From NCBI GenBank assembly GCA_012842495.1, contig DUSS01000045.1:70634-134633 (forward strand): a DNA stretch of 64,000 nucleotides. The letters are read 5' to 3'. Positions 26,481 through 36,068 of the stretch are shown in pieces. The notes beneath the pieces are model-generated. The model made no database searches. It saw only the letters and a program-made list of their open reading frames with translations, and was not told the origin of the DNA. Source of the DNA: Candidatus Fermentithermobacillaceae bacterium. Lineage in GTDB: Bacteria > Bacillota > Sulfobacillia > Fermentithermobacillales > DUSS01. The position numbers and the translations under genes are program-made. Numbering within the stretch: the stretch's first letter is position 1; every line of letters starts with the position of its first letter.

Positions 26481-28016
26481 ATGGGCAGCGAAAATAACGA
26501 AGAACGCGAATCCCCGGTCGGGGAAAACGACGGTAGCTCTGGGGCCGGAGCTGGGCCGGGGTCTGGGCATGAATCGGAGTCTGAATATCCCCGCAAATCT
26601 CACCCCGCTCTGGAGGCTCAGCCCTTACGGCAAGCCGCAAACGGCCTTACGCTACCCCGGGAACGGGCCCAGGACGAAGTTGCCGTACCCTTTGACGCCC
26701 GAGGAGCTGTGATGAAGCTCGCGCTTCCCGTTCTCGGGGAGATGAGCCTCATGACCCTCGTATCCTGGCTTGATATGATAATGGTGGGTGCTCTCGGTAC
26801 GTGGGCCATCACCTCTGTAGGCCTTTCCAACCAGCCCATGTTTCTCGCTATGTCCGTATTCATGTCATTTAACGTAGGAGCTACCGCTCTGGTGGCGAGG
26901 TTCACGGGAGCAGGTGACAGGGAAGGCGCGTCGGCGGTGGCGAGGCAGGCCCTCACGGTAGGAGTGTTTCTCGGAGTTGTCCTGGGAGTTCTGGGATTCA
27001 CGAACGCCAGGGAAATCCTTTTGCTGATGGGTGCCAGAGAAGACGTCATTGGTCCGGGTACCGGTTACCTGAAGGTCATCTGCGTCGGGTTCGTTTTTCA
27101 GGCTTCAGCCATGAGCCTATCCGCCACGTTACGGGGGGCGGGAGACACCACCACTCCTGCCATGGCCAACGCCGTGGCTAACGTGACCAATCTCGTGGGA
27201 AACCTATTGCTCATCCACGGTTACCTCGGATTTCCCAGATTAGAGGTGCTGGGAGCCGGAATCGCCACTGCCATTTCCAGAGGGGTGGCGTGTCTCATAA
27301 TCCTGGGAAAAGTGATCCGGGGGGACGGACGCCTTCGCATATCTCTCAAAGACTCATTTCTCCCCGATTTCCGGTTGATCAGGCGCATCCTGAAGATCGG
27401 CTTGCCTGCCGCGGGAGAGCAGATGTTAATGAGGGCGGGCCAGATGGCCTTCGCCCGGATTGTATCGAGCTTCGGGACGACCGTGTATGCAGCTCATCAA
27501 ATTGCCCTCAACATAGAAGGTTTATCTTTTAACATAGGCATGGCATTCCAGACCGCCAGCACTTCTCTGGTTGGGCAGAAGCTGGGCTCAAAAGAGCCGG
27601 AGGTGGCGGAGAAAGCTGGGTGGGCGGCACGGAACCTGGGGATGATGTTTGCGGGTTCTGCCGGGCTCGTCTTCTTCTTCCTCGGGCGATACATCGCCCT
27701 GGCTTACACGCGTGACCCCGTCGCCGTGGACATGAGCGCTCAGGCGCTGAAGATCATAGCCGTCGCTCAGCCTTCTCTCGCTACCGCGTTCATACTGGCC
27801 GGTGGACTCCGAGGGGCGGGGGACACGCGATGGACCATGTTTACAACTGCTACCGGGATCTGGGGGGTCCGGGTGCTTGTCGGGTATCTTCTGGCGGTGA
27901 AAGCTGGCATGGGGCTGGCAGGCGCATGGATCGGGATGGCTCTGGACATGACCGTCCGCGCGGTGCTCATAACGCTCAGGTTCAAAGGAGGCCGCTGGAA
28001 AGAGATCCGCGTCTAA
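26481..28016 (+). CDS. MATE-family efflux transporter with ~75-aa acidic/Gly-rich N-terminal extension
   Basis: GGGAGG lies 5 nt before ATG 26481. The MATE core begins at LALPVLGEMSLMTLVSWLDMIMVG. 12-TM-like hydrophobicity. Confidence 0.85.
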   Translation: MGSENNEERESPVGENDGSSGAGAGPGSGHESESEYPRKSHPALEAQPLRQAANGLTLPRERAQDEVAVPFDARGAVMKLALPVLGEMSLMTLVSWLDMIMVGALGTWAITSVGLSNQPMFLAMSVFMSFNVGATALVARFTGAGDREGASAVARQALTVGVFLGVVLGVLGFTNAREILLLMGAREDVIGPGTGYLKVICVGFVFQASAMSLSATLRGAGDTTTPAMANAVANVTNLVGNLLLIHGYLGFPRLEVLGAGIATAISRGVACLIILGKVIRGDGRLRISLKDSFLPDFRLIRRILKIGLPAAGEQMLMRAGQMAFARIVSSFGTTVYAAHQIALNIEGLSFNIGMAFQTASTSLVGQKLGSKEPEVAEKAGWAARNLGMMFAGSAGLVFFFLGRYIALAYTRDPVAVDMSAQALKIIAVAQPSLATAFILAGGLRGAGDTRWTMFTTATGIWGVRVLVGYLLAVKAGMGLAGAWIGMALDMTVRAVLITLRFKGGRWKEIRV

Positions 28017-28121
28017 ACTAACCGGAGCTTTCAAATTCCGTCGCGGTGTCCTCGGCCAGGTGAATCTAACCTCGAATGGCGGTTCGCAATCCGGGCTTTC
28101 AAAGTCGCATCTGTTCCCGGA

Positions 28122-29429
28122 TCAACTCCCCATGGCGACGTGTACAGCGTACAGGACCATCAACAAGACCGGTCCCACGAGGGTGGGCCAATACCGCTTG
28201 TATACGTCTATCTCGCTGACGTCGAAGAACTGGCAGGTGAGGATCTGGCAAAGATGAAGAGGAGAAACGAGGTAGGACAAGAAACTTGAGATGTAGATGG
28301 CGGAGATCGCTGAAAGCTTTACCCCCGCCGGGGCTCCTTCAAGAGCTGGCATGAAGACCGGGATGAGCACCCCTAAGGATGTGGTTTGGGAAGCGCTGAC
28401 GAAGCCAAAGGCAAGGGGTACGGCGACCGCCAAGGCACCTATGCGTCCCACGTTCCCCCCGATGGAGCCGGTCAACGCCGGGAGGGCCGGAGATTCGAGG
28501 ATGAAAGCCCGGAATACCATTATCCAGAACATGGCGGGGACCTGTGACAAGTTGGAATTGCGAAGAATCTCTTGAAGCGGAGGGATTGACCTGGTTTTCC
28601 AGTACCCGAGTCCGCACGCCAGGAGCGAACCCACGAGCAAGCTTGCCCACAAGGGTATCTGAAGCGCTAAGGAAATCCCCAGGGCGACGATGAGCGGTGA
28701 ACCGTAGAAGAGAAATGTCCGGAATGCTTCGAGTTTGAGTCGGGACGGGAACGGGGTTTCCACGTTTTCGACAAGTTCAGGCATCCCGTCACCACTGGGC
28801 TCGACGGCCACGGCGCGAGAGAGGGCGTCGCTTCGCCGGGTCTTAGGGTTCCCAGGACTTAAAAGGACTGCATACCCGATACCCCACAAGAGCACCGATG
28901 CGGGCCACAGCCGTGAAATCAAGGTCCAAACCGCAATACCCGTCATCTTCGATAGCAAAATCAAGCTGGGGGAAAACGGAAACAGGAAAAACATTCCATG
29001 TCGGAAGATGATGTTAGCCGCCGCCTTGGTGACGCGATCTAGGCCCAGTTTATCGCCGGTCTTATCCACCAAAGGCGCGGAAACCTGAGCCCCTCCCATA
29101 ACCGGCATGGCGCCGATAAGCGCGGGTACGAAAGCTGAAACGGTCCTGGCGCTGAATGCGGTTTGCAGGCTCGAGGACATTTTCTCGAGAAAGTTGAGAT
29201 GATTCATGATCGCGGCGAAGACGCCGATGGCGAACACCGTTCCGGCCAGCTCCAGGGTGCTTCGATCGATAACAGCCGCGATCGCTATATCAGCTACCTT
29301 CGCGGGAGGTAAGGTCGAAGTCACCGCGACAACTAGGGCTGCCACGAACATAGTCTGAGAGAAGGAGCGCCTCTTGGCGGAAAGGTACATGATGACGAAA
29401 AAGGACAAAGCAAGTCCGACGTAGTGCAC
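28122..29429 (-). CDS. DUF401-type polytopic membrane protein (putative transporter)
   Basis: About 12 hydrophobic segments. GAMPVMGGAQVSAPLV...IIFRHGMFFLFPFSPS resembles DUF401. Confidence 0.6.
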   Translation of the reverse strand: MHYVGLALSFFVIMYLSAKRRSFSQTMFVAALVVAVTSTLPPAKVADIAIAAVIDRSTLELAGTVFAIGVFAAIMNHLNFLEKMSSSLQTAFSARTVSAFVPALIGAMPVMGGAQVSAPLVDKTGDKLGLDRVTKAAANIIFRHGMFFLFPFSPSLILLSKMTGIAVWTLISRLWPASVLLWGIGYAVLLSPGNPKTRRSDALSRAVAVEPSGDGMPELVENVETPFPSRLKLEAFRTFLFYGSPLIVALGISLALQIPLWASLLVGSLLACGLGYWKTRSIPPLQEILRNSNLSQVPAMFWIMVFRAFILESPALPALTGSIGGNVGRIGALAVAVPLAFGFVSASQTTSLGVLIPVFMPALEGAPAGVKLSAISAIYISSFLSYLVSPLHLCQILTCQFFDVSEIDVYKRYWPTLVGPVLLMVLYAVHVAMGS

Positions 29430-29551
29430 CGGGTTTCTTCTCCCTTCCTGAGCGATTATACACTACCACTGCCGCTCGCTACCTGAAGAAAAAGGATGTT
29501 TTGAAGCGAGCTGCGAAGACTTTCGTGGGAATCAAGGGGTGAGATTGCGGG

Positions 29552-32290
29552 ATGAGGACCGGAGATTTTGGGGAGTACGTTGCGTTCGACCTGGAAACCA
29601 CCGGGCTTGACCCTGAGACCAACGAAATACTGGAGATAGCGATGGTGAGATTTCGCAATGGCAAACCCGACGAAGAATGGTCTTCTCTAGTGAAGCCGTC
29701 GCAAAAGGTGCCCCTGTACGTTTTGAGGCTCACCGGAATAGCTGAGGCTGATCTAGCAAACGCTCCGGTCCTCGAGGATATCCTTTGGCGGATTAGAGAG
29801 TTTATCGGGAACTTTCCGCTGGTCGGGCACAATTCCTCGTTCGATATCGCGTTTCTCGGAAAGATCATAACCGATATCGGTCTAAGACCGTGTCACGATA
29901 CGCTTGAACTTTCGAGGATCGTTGTTCCCGGTCTTGCGAGCTACAAGCTTTCAGCTTTATGCGCAAGCTTCGGTATCCCGCTGGTGACCGCGCACCGTGC
30001 CCTCGATGATGCTCGGGCCAGCGGAATCCTGTTCGGTTTGCTTCGAGAAAGGGCCAGATGGATCCATCAAAGGGCGTCGTCGTTCATCGTGACCGTGATG
30101 GGGGACAAGTGGGCCTCGAGGGACGTGTTCGGCCGCGTAGACGCTCGGGATGCGGGTCAGCCGGCGGGAGAGTCGCTGGTAGAGTCTCTGGTTGGTGAGA
30201 GCTGCGGTGGGAGCTCGGGTACTCCAGGAAACCCAGCAGGAGTCGGGGAGAAGAAGGAGACGCAGCTGCCGGACACCGGTGGGGAAACGTCGTCTCAGGG
30301 GTTAGTCAAGGCGAAGTCACCGGAGCTTCTCCCGCCGGAAGGGATTACAGCTCGTCTTCAGACCGGTCCCACTTTGTTTTCCCGGCCCAACGTGGAACGA
30401 GCCATATATTCGGCGCTAATGGAGGAACCGGCAACCGATTCCGGAGTCAAACCCGCGGTGTCTGGCGAAGTATGGGAGAAGGCGATCCTAGTCCAGGTGC
30501 CGGAGACCGCAGATGCTCTGGCGGGAATGCTGGCTGCCGCCGTTAAAGCCTCCTGCGACATGAAGGACAGAGTGGCCGTGGCCTGCCTGGATGGCAGGAC
30601 GGCCTCCAAGCTGGAAAGGGTTCTTGTTGCCTCAGGAGGAAGTCCCGGTGCTGTGGCTGCGTTGCTCCAGTCGCCTCGCCGTCGTGTCTGCCTTGCGCGG
30701 TGGCGAGCTCTCGAAACCCTCGTCGCGGGCCGAGCTATTGGCGAACTGGACCTGGAGACCCGTCAGTTTTTGGCCATGATGGCGAATTGGTTGTCCAGTA
30801 CGAAAACCGGGTCACCCCGGGAAATCCAGATGTTCGGCGGCGGCTGCCAGGCCTTTGCAGAGCTCCAGGCTTCGTGGTATCCCGGGTGCTTCGAGGGTTG
30901 TGCTTATTCCCGGTATTGCTTTTGCCTAAGGCAAGAAGGGCACGACGCGCCCGGCGTTTCCATAGTGTATCTGGAAGACCTCCTTTCCGATGACTTACCA
31001 ATGCGCTCGCCTTTCGCCGCCGTCGTTGTACTGGGTTACCACAAGGTTTTGGACTGGTGTGACAGGAGAGCGGATGTTCTTGAGCCGCGTCAGGTTGCTG
31101 AGCTCATCGGGGCTACCGAGGGGGAAGTTTTCGTCGAGCTGGACAGACGTCTCGGCGAGGCCCTTTCCAGGGGCGAAAGGGTCCTCTGGTTTCCGGGTCG
31201 AATCGAGATGCCCCCTGACATACGGCGGCTGCTTCGGGAAGGTAGAGACGTCCTTGGTGAGTACACCAGGAGAAGGTCCCGTGAGGATGACGACTTCAAA
31301 CTCCGGCTGTCCCTGAGCGAGATCCCAGGTCACCTGCCTATTCTCGGAAGAGACATCTCCGCCGCTGAGAAATTTCTCGATTCTTTCGAAAGGATGTTGA
31401 GCGAGGGACCAGAAAAGGTGCTTGTCGTCGATGGGAGATACAGGAGCGCCGGGCTTGTTCCAGTGATGAAGCGCCTGTGGGTTTGCCCGGGGCAGGAAAT
31501 CAAGAACGGTCTGGGTACCCGCGCTCGGAAAGTGGTCTTGGTGTCGCCCTTTGCTCAAATCCTTGCCGGCAAGCGGGGTTACGAAAAACTCCTCGCGATA
31601 TCCGAGACTCCAAGGTTGATCACCGCGGGGACGTATGAAGAACCCGCCGGTATCCTTACTGTGTTTGTGGATGGGTTACCCAAGACGACGGACAAGGAGG
31701 CTTTTGACCAGCACTGCGCTTGGTTCATCGTGGAACTCGTCCAGGCTGTTCGGACCGGATGCCTGGTCCTGAATCCATTTTCATCCAACGCGGAAACGCT
31801 CTTAGAAAAGATCGCTCAGCCCCTGGAGTCCCGAGGCATCCTTGTAGTGTCCGCGGATGGACCCGGAAAAGCGTTGGAATACCTTGACCAGCCGGACACC
31901 GTCGTCCTTTGCAGATTCTTTGCCTTTGACGAGGACGATTTTTCCGGGGCGAAGTGCGTCATAATACCCAGGTTACCTTTCGGAGTACGAAGACCAGAGG
32001 ACTGGATAAGGGAGACGGAAGTCAGAAAAGCTGGGGGAGACTACTTTAGGGACATAACGCTCACCGGGATTTTGTCGAGACTTAGTCAGGTCGTGGACGT
32101 TCTGAGGAGCGAAACGGGTAGGCGGGTTCTGGTTGTGCTGGATTCCCGGGCGCGGCCTGCGGGAAGCAGTTATGGTGCCGACGTATTTAAAGCGCTTACC
32201 CCCGGTGAACATGTGGTCTGTCCTCCGCTCATCGCGGTCAATCGCATAAAATCGTGGCTGTCCTCGCAGGTGGGGGAGATGGTGCCGTGA
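29552..32290 (+). CDS. DnaQ-type 3'-5' exonuclease fused to a DinG-like helicase scaffold with degenerate ATPase motifs
   Basis: Exo I FDLETTGL, Exo II GHNSSFDIAFL, Exo III HRALDDARA. DinG-like blocks LLQSPRRRVCLARW and VIIPRLPFGVRRPED. Walker A position reads QVPETADALAGML, DEAH position reads VLGYHKV, motif VI reads QVVDVLRS. Confidence 0.75.
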   Translation: MRTGDFGEYVAFDLETTGLDPETNEILEIAMVRFRNGKPDEEWSSLVKPSQKVPLYVLRLTGIAEADLANAPVLEDILWRIREFIGNFPLVGHNSSFDIAFLGKIITDIGLRPCHDTLELSRIVVPGLASYKLSALCASFGIPLVTAHRALDDARASGILFGLLRERARWIHQRASSFIVTVMGDKWASRDVFGRVDARDAGQPAGESLVESLVGESCGGSSGTPGNPAGVGEKKETQLPDTGGETSSQGLVKAKSPELLPPEGITARLQTGPTLFSRPNVERAIYSALMEEPATDSGVKPAVSGEVWEKAILVQVPETADALAGMLAAAVKASCDMKDRVAVACLDGRTASKLERVLVASGGSPGAVAALLQSPRRRVCLARWRALETLVAGRAIGELDLETRQFLAMMANWLSSTKTGSPREIQMFGGGCQAFAELQASWYPGCFEGCAYSRYCFCLRQEGHDAPGVSIVYLEDLLSDDLPMRSPFAAVVVLGYHKVLDWCDRRADVLEPRQVAELIGATEGEVFVELDRRLGEALSRGERVLWFPGRIEMPPDIRRLLREGRDVLGEYTRRRSREDDDFKLRLSLSEIPGHLPILGRDISAAEKFLDSFERMLSEGPEKVLVVDGRYRSAGLVPVMKRLWVCPGQEIKNGLGTRARKVVLVSPFAQILAGKRGYEKLLAISETPRLITAGTYEEPAGILTVFVDGLPKTTDKEAFDQHCAWFIVELVQAVRTGCLVLNPFSSNAETLLEKIAQPLESRGILVVSADGPGKALEYLDQPDTVVLCRFFAFDEDDFSGAKCVIIPRLPFGVRRPEDWIRETEVRKAGGDYFRDITLTGILSRLSQVVDVLRSETGRRVLVVLDSRARPAGSSYGADVFKALTPGEHVVCPPLIAVNRIKSWLSSQVGEMVP

Positions 32291-32304
32291 GGGAAGATGT
32301 GACT

Positions 32305-33153
32305 ATGGGAAAGTCAGGCGAGATCCAACGGGTGCTACTCACCAATGACGACGGCGTTCTCTCCGAAGGCTTATGGGCTCTCGCGGGTGCGTTCCTGAAA
32401 CGCGAGGACACGGAGGTCTGGATAGTGGCGCCTGATAGAGAGAGGAGCGCTTCGGGCCACTCCATAAGCATACACCATCCAATTGAGGTTTGCCAAAGAC
32501 CGTCCGGGTCGCCTCGCCTTCACGTTTACGCCACCAGCGGTACTCCCGCGGACTGCGTGAAACTAGCCCTGTCGGGACTTTTGCCGGAGAAACCCGCCAT
32601 AACGGTCTCGGGGATTAACCGGGGTCCTAACCTGGGACAAGATGTGTTTTACTCGGGTACCGTTTCTGCAGCGTTGGAGGCAGCCCTAGGGGGTGTGGAC
32701 GCCATTGCAGTGTCCGTAGCTGCCTTTGAGCAGGTAGAGTACGGTTTTGCAGCTGATTTTGCGGTGATGATTACGGAAAAAGTTTTGGAGGGTGCTCTAA
32801 ACGGTGAGGTACGCCGTGCCGGGAGCCATCCGCTCTTACTGAACGTAAACGTTCCTGCTGTAAGGCCCGAAGATATCGCGGGTTTAGCTATTACCCGTCT
32901 TGAACTCACGAAGCCGAGGGACTTTTTCCGCAAACGTCAAGATCCGTTCGGAAGGTGCTGGTACTGGATGGCCGGCGAAGTTTATCAGGGAGATGCCCTC
33001 AGTGACACGGACGTTTCAGCCGTTTCGAGGAACCTGATATCGATAACCCCTCTCAAGCTCGACCTCACCGACACCGAAGCTTTCGTCGAGCTCTCGGAGG
33101 TCACTCGCGATCTCATGCGCCACGACCAGCTCGGGGCCGGCACCGGCGAATAA
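32305..33153 (+). CDS. surE: 5'/3'-nucleotidase SurE
   Basis: RVLLTNDDGVLSEGL...SGINRGPNLGQDVFYSGTVSAA. ATG 32305 after GAGGGAAG. Track start is 32254. Confidence 0.9.
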   Translation: MGKSGEIQRVLLTNDDGVLSEGLWALAGAFLKREDTEVWIVAPDRERSASGHSISIHHPIEVCQRPSGSPRLHVYATSGTPADCVKLALSGLLPEKPAITVSGINRGPNLGQDVFYSGTVSAALEAALGGVDAIAVSVAAFEQVEYGFAADFAVMITEKVLEGALNGEVRRAGSHPLLLNVNVPAVRPEDIAGLAITRLELTKPRDFFRKRQDPFGRCWYWMAGEVYQGDALSDTDVSAVSRNLISITPLKLDLTDTEAFVELSEVTRDLMRHDQLGAGTGE

Positions 33154-33195
33154 GGCCCACCCCTCGCTAATATACGAAAACCGGGGGTGTTGAAG

Positions 33196-33615
33196 ATGCC
33201 CGATCCCGATCCCAGGAGCCGTACCTGGACTTTGCGAAGACATATGAGACAGGAAGGGTTTTCACTCAAAACCGTGTTTTTGGGTGCGCTTAGCGCGCTG
33301 GGTCTCGGTTTGCTCTTGGCGCTGGGTTCCGCTGTTGCAATCCAGTTGTCATCGCTGGACGAACGGATTCCCGAGTACTTGGTGGACGTTGGAAGTTTCC
33401 TAGTGTTGGGGGTTACGGCGTTCTTTGTGGGAAGGCGCGTGAGAAACCACGGCCTCGCCTACGGAGCCTCGATAGGTGCCGTTTATTGCCTGGCCGGCAC
33501 GTTGTTGGGGCTGGCCTTTCCATCCGGGTCTTTTCACATTGCGGGTTTCCTCGTCAGGTTCGTTTTGCTTGTCCTGACCGGCGCCGTCGGTAGCATACTC
33601 GGGGTCAACGTGTAG
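33196..33615 (+). CDS. Small 3-4 TM membrane protein (TIGR04086/YrzE-like)
   Basis: Hydrophobic segments VFLGALSALGLGLLLALGSAVAI, FLVLGVTAFFVG, AVYCLAGTLLGLAF, FVLLVLTGAVGSILG. GGGGGTG SD before ATG 33196. Confidence 0.55.
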   Translation: MPDPDPRSRTWTLRRHMRQEGFSLKTVFLGALSALGLGLLLALGSAVAIQLSSLDERIPEYLVDVGSFLVLGVTAFFVGRRVRNHGLAYGASIGAVYCLAGTLLGLAFPSGSFHIAGFLVRFVLLVLTGAVGSILGVNV

Positions 33616-33679
33616 ACCGAATAGCTTTCCCCTTAGCGCGGATACCATAGTTTCTGCACAAGCTAAGGGGGTATGGGGT

Positions 33680-34831
33680 TTGAGGCGACGGCGGACGAGC
33701 CTGCGCGCGCTTTTTGGATTTGCACTCCTTTGTCTCGTCTTCTCGGGAAACTCATATGGAGCACCATCCCCGGTAGAAGAACTGACGGTTCTCAAGGGGA
33801 AAATCCTGAAGGAGGATTCAAAAGGCCAGTCCGTTCTCGTACTGCAGCGAGTTCTTGGCGCTCTGGGATACGACCCCGGGCCCCAGGACGGTGTGTTCGG
33901 CCCCAGGACCCTGGAGGCGGTTAAACGTTTTCAGAAGGACTCCGGTATCGCCGTTGATGGCGTCGTTGGTCCCCGAACGGTGGAGTCCCTTGAGCGGATT
34001 TGGGCGAGGAAATTCCCTCCGGAAACCTATACCTTGCAACCGGGGGAGACCCTTTCCCTGGTGTGTGCTCGATTTGGGGTGAGTCTCGAGGAAGTCGTGC
34101 GAGCCAACGGCATCAAGGATCCTGATCTGGTCTACGCCGGACAGACACTGATCCTCAAACCATCTGCGCGAGAACAACCCGGCCAGGACGGACAGGGTGG
34201 TCCCGGGGGGCCGGAAAGACCGATGCCGGAGGATTCTTCCGAGCCTCCACCAGCTTCGCGCACATCCTTTCCCATACCTGATAAGAAGATATGCCTTACG
34301 TTCAACGATGGACCCGACCCTACCACAACCCCCGAAATCCTAGATATTCTGTCCGAGTACGGGATACCCGCTGTGTTCTTCGTGATAGGAAAGAACGCTG
34401 AACGCTATCCCGAACTTGTTAGAGAGATTCACGAGCGCGGGTACGCTATTGGCATCCACGGATACGAGCACGTCCCACTAGCTGGTCTTTCGCGTCAACA
34501 GGCGCTTTCGGATTTATCCAAAGCGCTGCAGGTGGTGGAGAGGATCACAGCAGCTCGTCCAGCTCTCTGGAGACCTCCGGAAGGAGCCGTTGACGACATG
34601 ACCCGCGACCTCACAAGGGAACTGGATCTCACCCTCGTAATGTGGACGAACATCTGCGGAGGGGATCTTCCAGCTTCGGATGCCGACGGGGTTCTTCGGG
34701 GTGTCCTCAATTATGCCCGGGACGGTGCTATTATCCTGCTCCATGAGGGTAATCCCCACGTATTAGCGGCGTTGCCTCGCATTATCGAAGAACTGGCCAA
34801 AAGAGGTTTCGGGTTCCAGGGTCTCCGCTGA
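33680..34831 (+). CDS. Secreted PG_binding_1 + LysM + NodB polysaccharide deacetylase
   Basis: Signal peptide. VLQRVLGALGYDPGPQDGVFGPRT (PG-binding). YTLQPGETLSLVCARFGV (LysM). LTFNDGPD...HGYEH (NodB). Confidence 0.88.
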   Translation: MRRRRTSLRALFGFALLCLVFSGNSYGAPSPVEELTVLKGKILKEDSKGQSVLVLQRVLGALGYDPGPQDGVFGPRTLEAVKRFQKDSGIAVDGVVGPRTVESLERIWARKFPPETYTLQPGETLSLVCARFGVSLEEVVRANGIKDPDLVYAGQTLILKPSAREQPGQDGQGGPGGPERPMPEDSSEPPPASRTSFPIPDKKICLTFNDGPDPTTTPEILDILSEYGIPAVFFVIGKNAERYPELVREIHERGYAIGIHGYEHVPLAGLSRQQALSDLSKALQVVERITAARPALWRPPEGAVDDMTRDLTRELDLTLVMWTNICGGDLPASDADGVLRGVLNYARDGAIILLHEGNPHVLAALPRIIEELAKRGFGFQGLR

Positions 34832-34919
34832 GGACCAACGTGGGTAGGTTTGCAAAAGGAGCGGCCGTCTGCCGGCTTGCTACCGAACTTCACCGCAAAG
34901 GGACGGCCGTTCCTTTTCC

Positions 34920-35468
34920 CTACTGGACCTGCCCGGGGGCCATCACGTCTTTGACGATCTGGAGAGCGCCGGAAACCTGTTGCGCAAGCTCGCCCAGGGT
35001 CATGCTTTGAAACATGGCGTTTTGGGCTTCCGCCAGCGAGGATACAGCCTGTTGCAGGGATTTGGCTACCTGCCGGTCAGCTTTGGACTGCTGTACCTGG
35101 ATCTGGGTTTGCAATTGCGAAATGAGATCCGAGACTTGCTGGGCGTTGGCTCTAAGAGACTCATTACCCTGGGAAACGATGCTCGCTACCTGCTGAGAGA
35201 TGGCGAAAAGCGTGTCTATGGCCTGTGAATCGGCTACATGGGTCGAGGCCTGACTTAAGCATTGCTGGAGATTCTGCTCGCTAGCCATTTGCTGCTCCCT
35301 GATCCCATTTTGAACCAGGGACAGGGCACTTTCTATCTTCTCCGCCGGCGTGGTGGGAAGCCCGGCCCCCGGTGGTTTAAAGGAGCGTCTGAGTTCGTCC
35401 ACCACGTGGCTGGCGGGGTTTTTGTCCACGTCTATGCTTCCCACGGCGTAATCTTCGTTCTTAGGCAT
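34920..35468 (-). CDS. Gln-rich coiled-coil protein, function unknown
   Basis: ATG 35468 follows AAAGGAGAG. The sequence is dominated by Q/S/A heptad-like repeats (ANAQQVSDLISQLQTQIQVQQSKADRQVAKSLQQAVSSLAEAQ). Confidence 0.6.
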   Translation of the reverse strand: MPKNEDYAVGSIDVDKNPASHVVDELRRSFKPPGAGLPTTPAEKIESALSLVQNGIREQQMASEQNLQQCLSQASTHVADSQAIDTLFAISQQVASIVSQGNESLRANAQQVSDLISQLQTQIQVQQSKADRQVAKSLQQAVSSLAEAQNAMFQSMTLGELAQQVSGALQIVKDVMAPGQVQ

Positions 35469-35705
35469 GAGATCTCTCCTTTCTCTCCGGGCAGACACCC
35501 CGGGACGAAATTTTCAATTCCCGTGCGATTTCGCTCGGGTACTCATCAAGATTAACTGCGGGCAACACGCTTATGAGAGCGGCCCAAGGCATCACCTCCT
35601 CGAAATCATTGTTCCGCGCTGGAAAGAGCGTTATTAGAGCAAGAATGGCCTGTCGGATTCGGTCGAAAAACCGGAGGAACTCCGTGGCCTTGGGAGGAAT
35701 ATCCC

Positions 35706-36005
35706 ATGTGGGGTGGTCTTATGGCACGCTTTTTGAGAGTAGGGGTCTTCCAGGACAAACTTGACCGGATCATCGAATTATGTTCGAGTCTTCGGGTAGA
35801 GCCGGAGGTAGCGAGAAATGCCAGGATGAAACAGGCGCTGGATGAGATAGCCGGTCTTGCCCTAGGAATCAAGGAGTTTATGAACTCTTTTCCATCAGAA
35901 CCGCTCATTTGGACCGGGCGCGGTGATACCGACGAGGTCATCGCCATGCTCGAGTCCCTGGTGGCGGCGGCGGAAAGCGCCGGGCAAGTCCTTCGGAAAG
36001 CCTAA
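35706..36005 (+). CDS. Hypothetical 99-aa helical protein
   Basis: GGGAGG lies 8 nt before ATG 35706. No recognisable motif. The competing minus-strand ORF 35606-35947 has no SD and an Arg/Ser/Pro-rich translation. Confidence 0.5.
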   Translation: MWGGLMARFLRVGVFQDKLDRIIELCSSLRVEPEVARNARMKQALDEIAGLALGIKEFMNSFPSEPLIWTGRGDTDEVIAMLESLVAAAESAGQVLRKA

Positions 36006-36068
36006 GAGAGCTGAGAAACTTGAAAGGCGGTTGTGGCGGAGTTAGACTGCGAGCTGGAGGTGAAGAAG

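Noticed and set aside
35461-35592. 43-codon minus-strand ORF with HTH-like EIARELKISSRGV, stop overlapping the coiled-coil gene start
   Set aside because: The ATG sits only 2 nt after GAGGAGGTG (poor spacing). The frame is open upstream without a usable start, and it is too short for a complete HTH domain. It is kept only as a note within the small-gene island finding.
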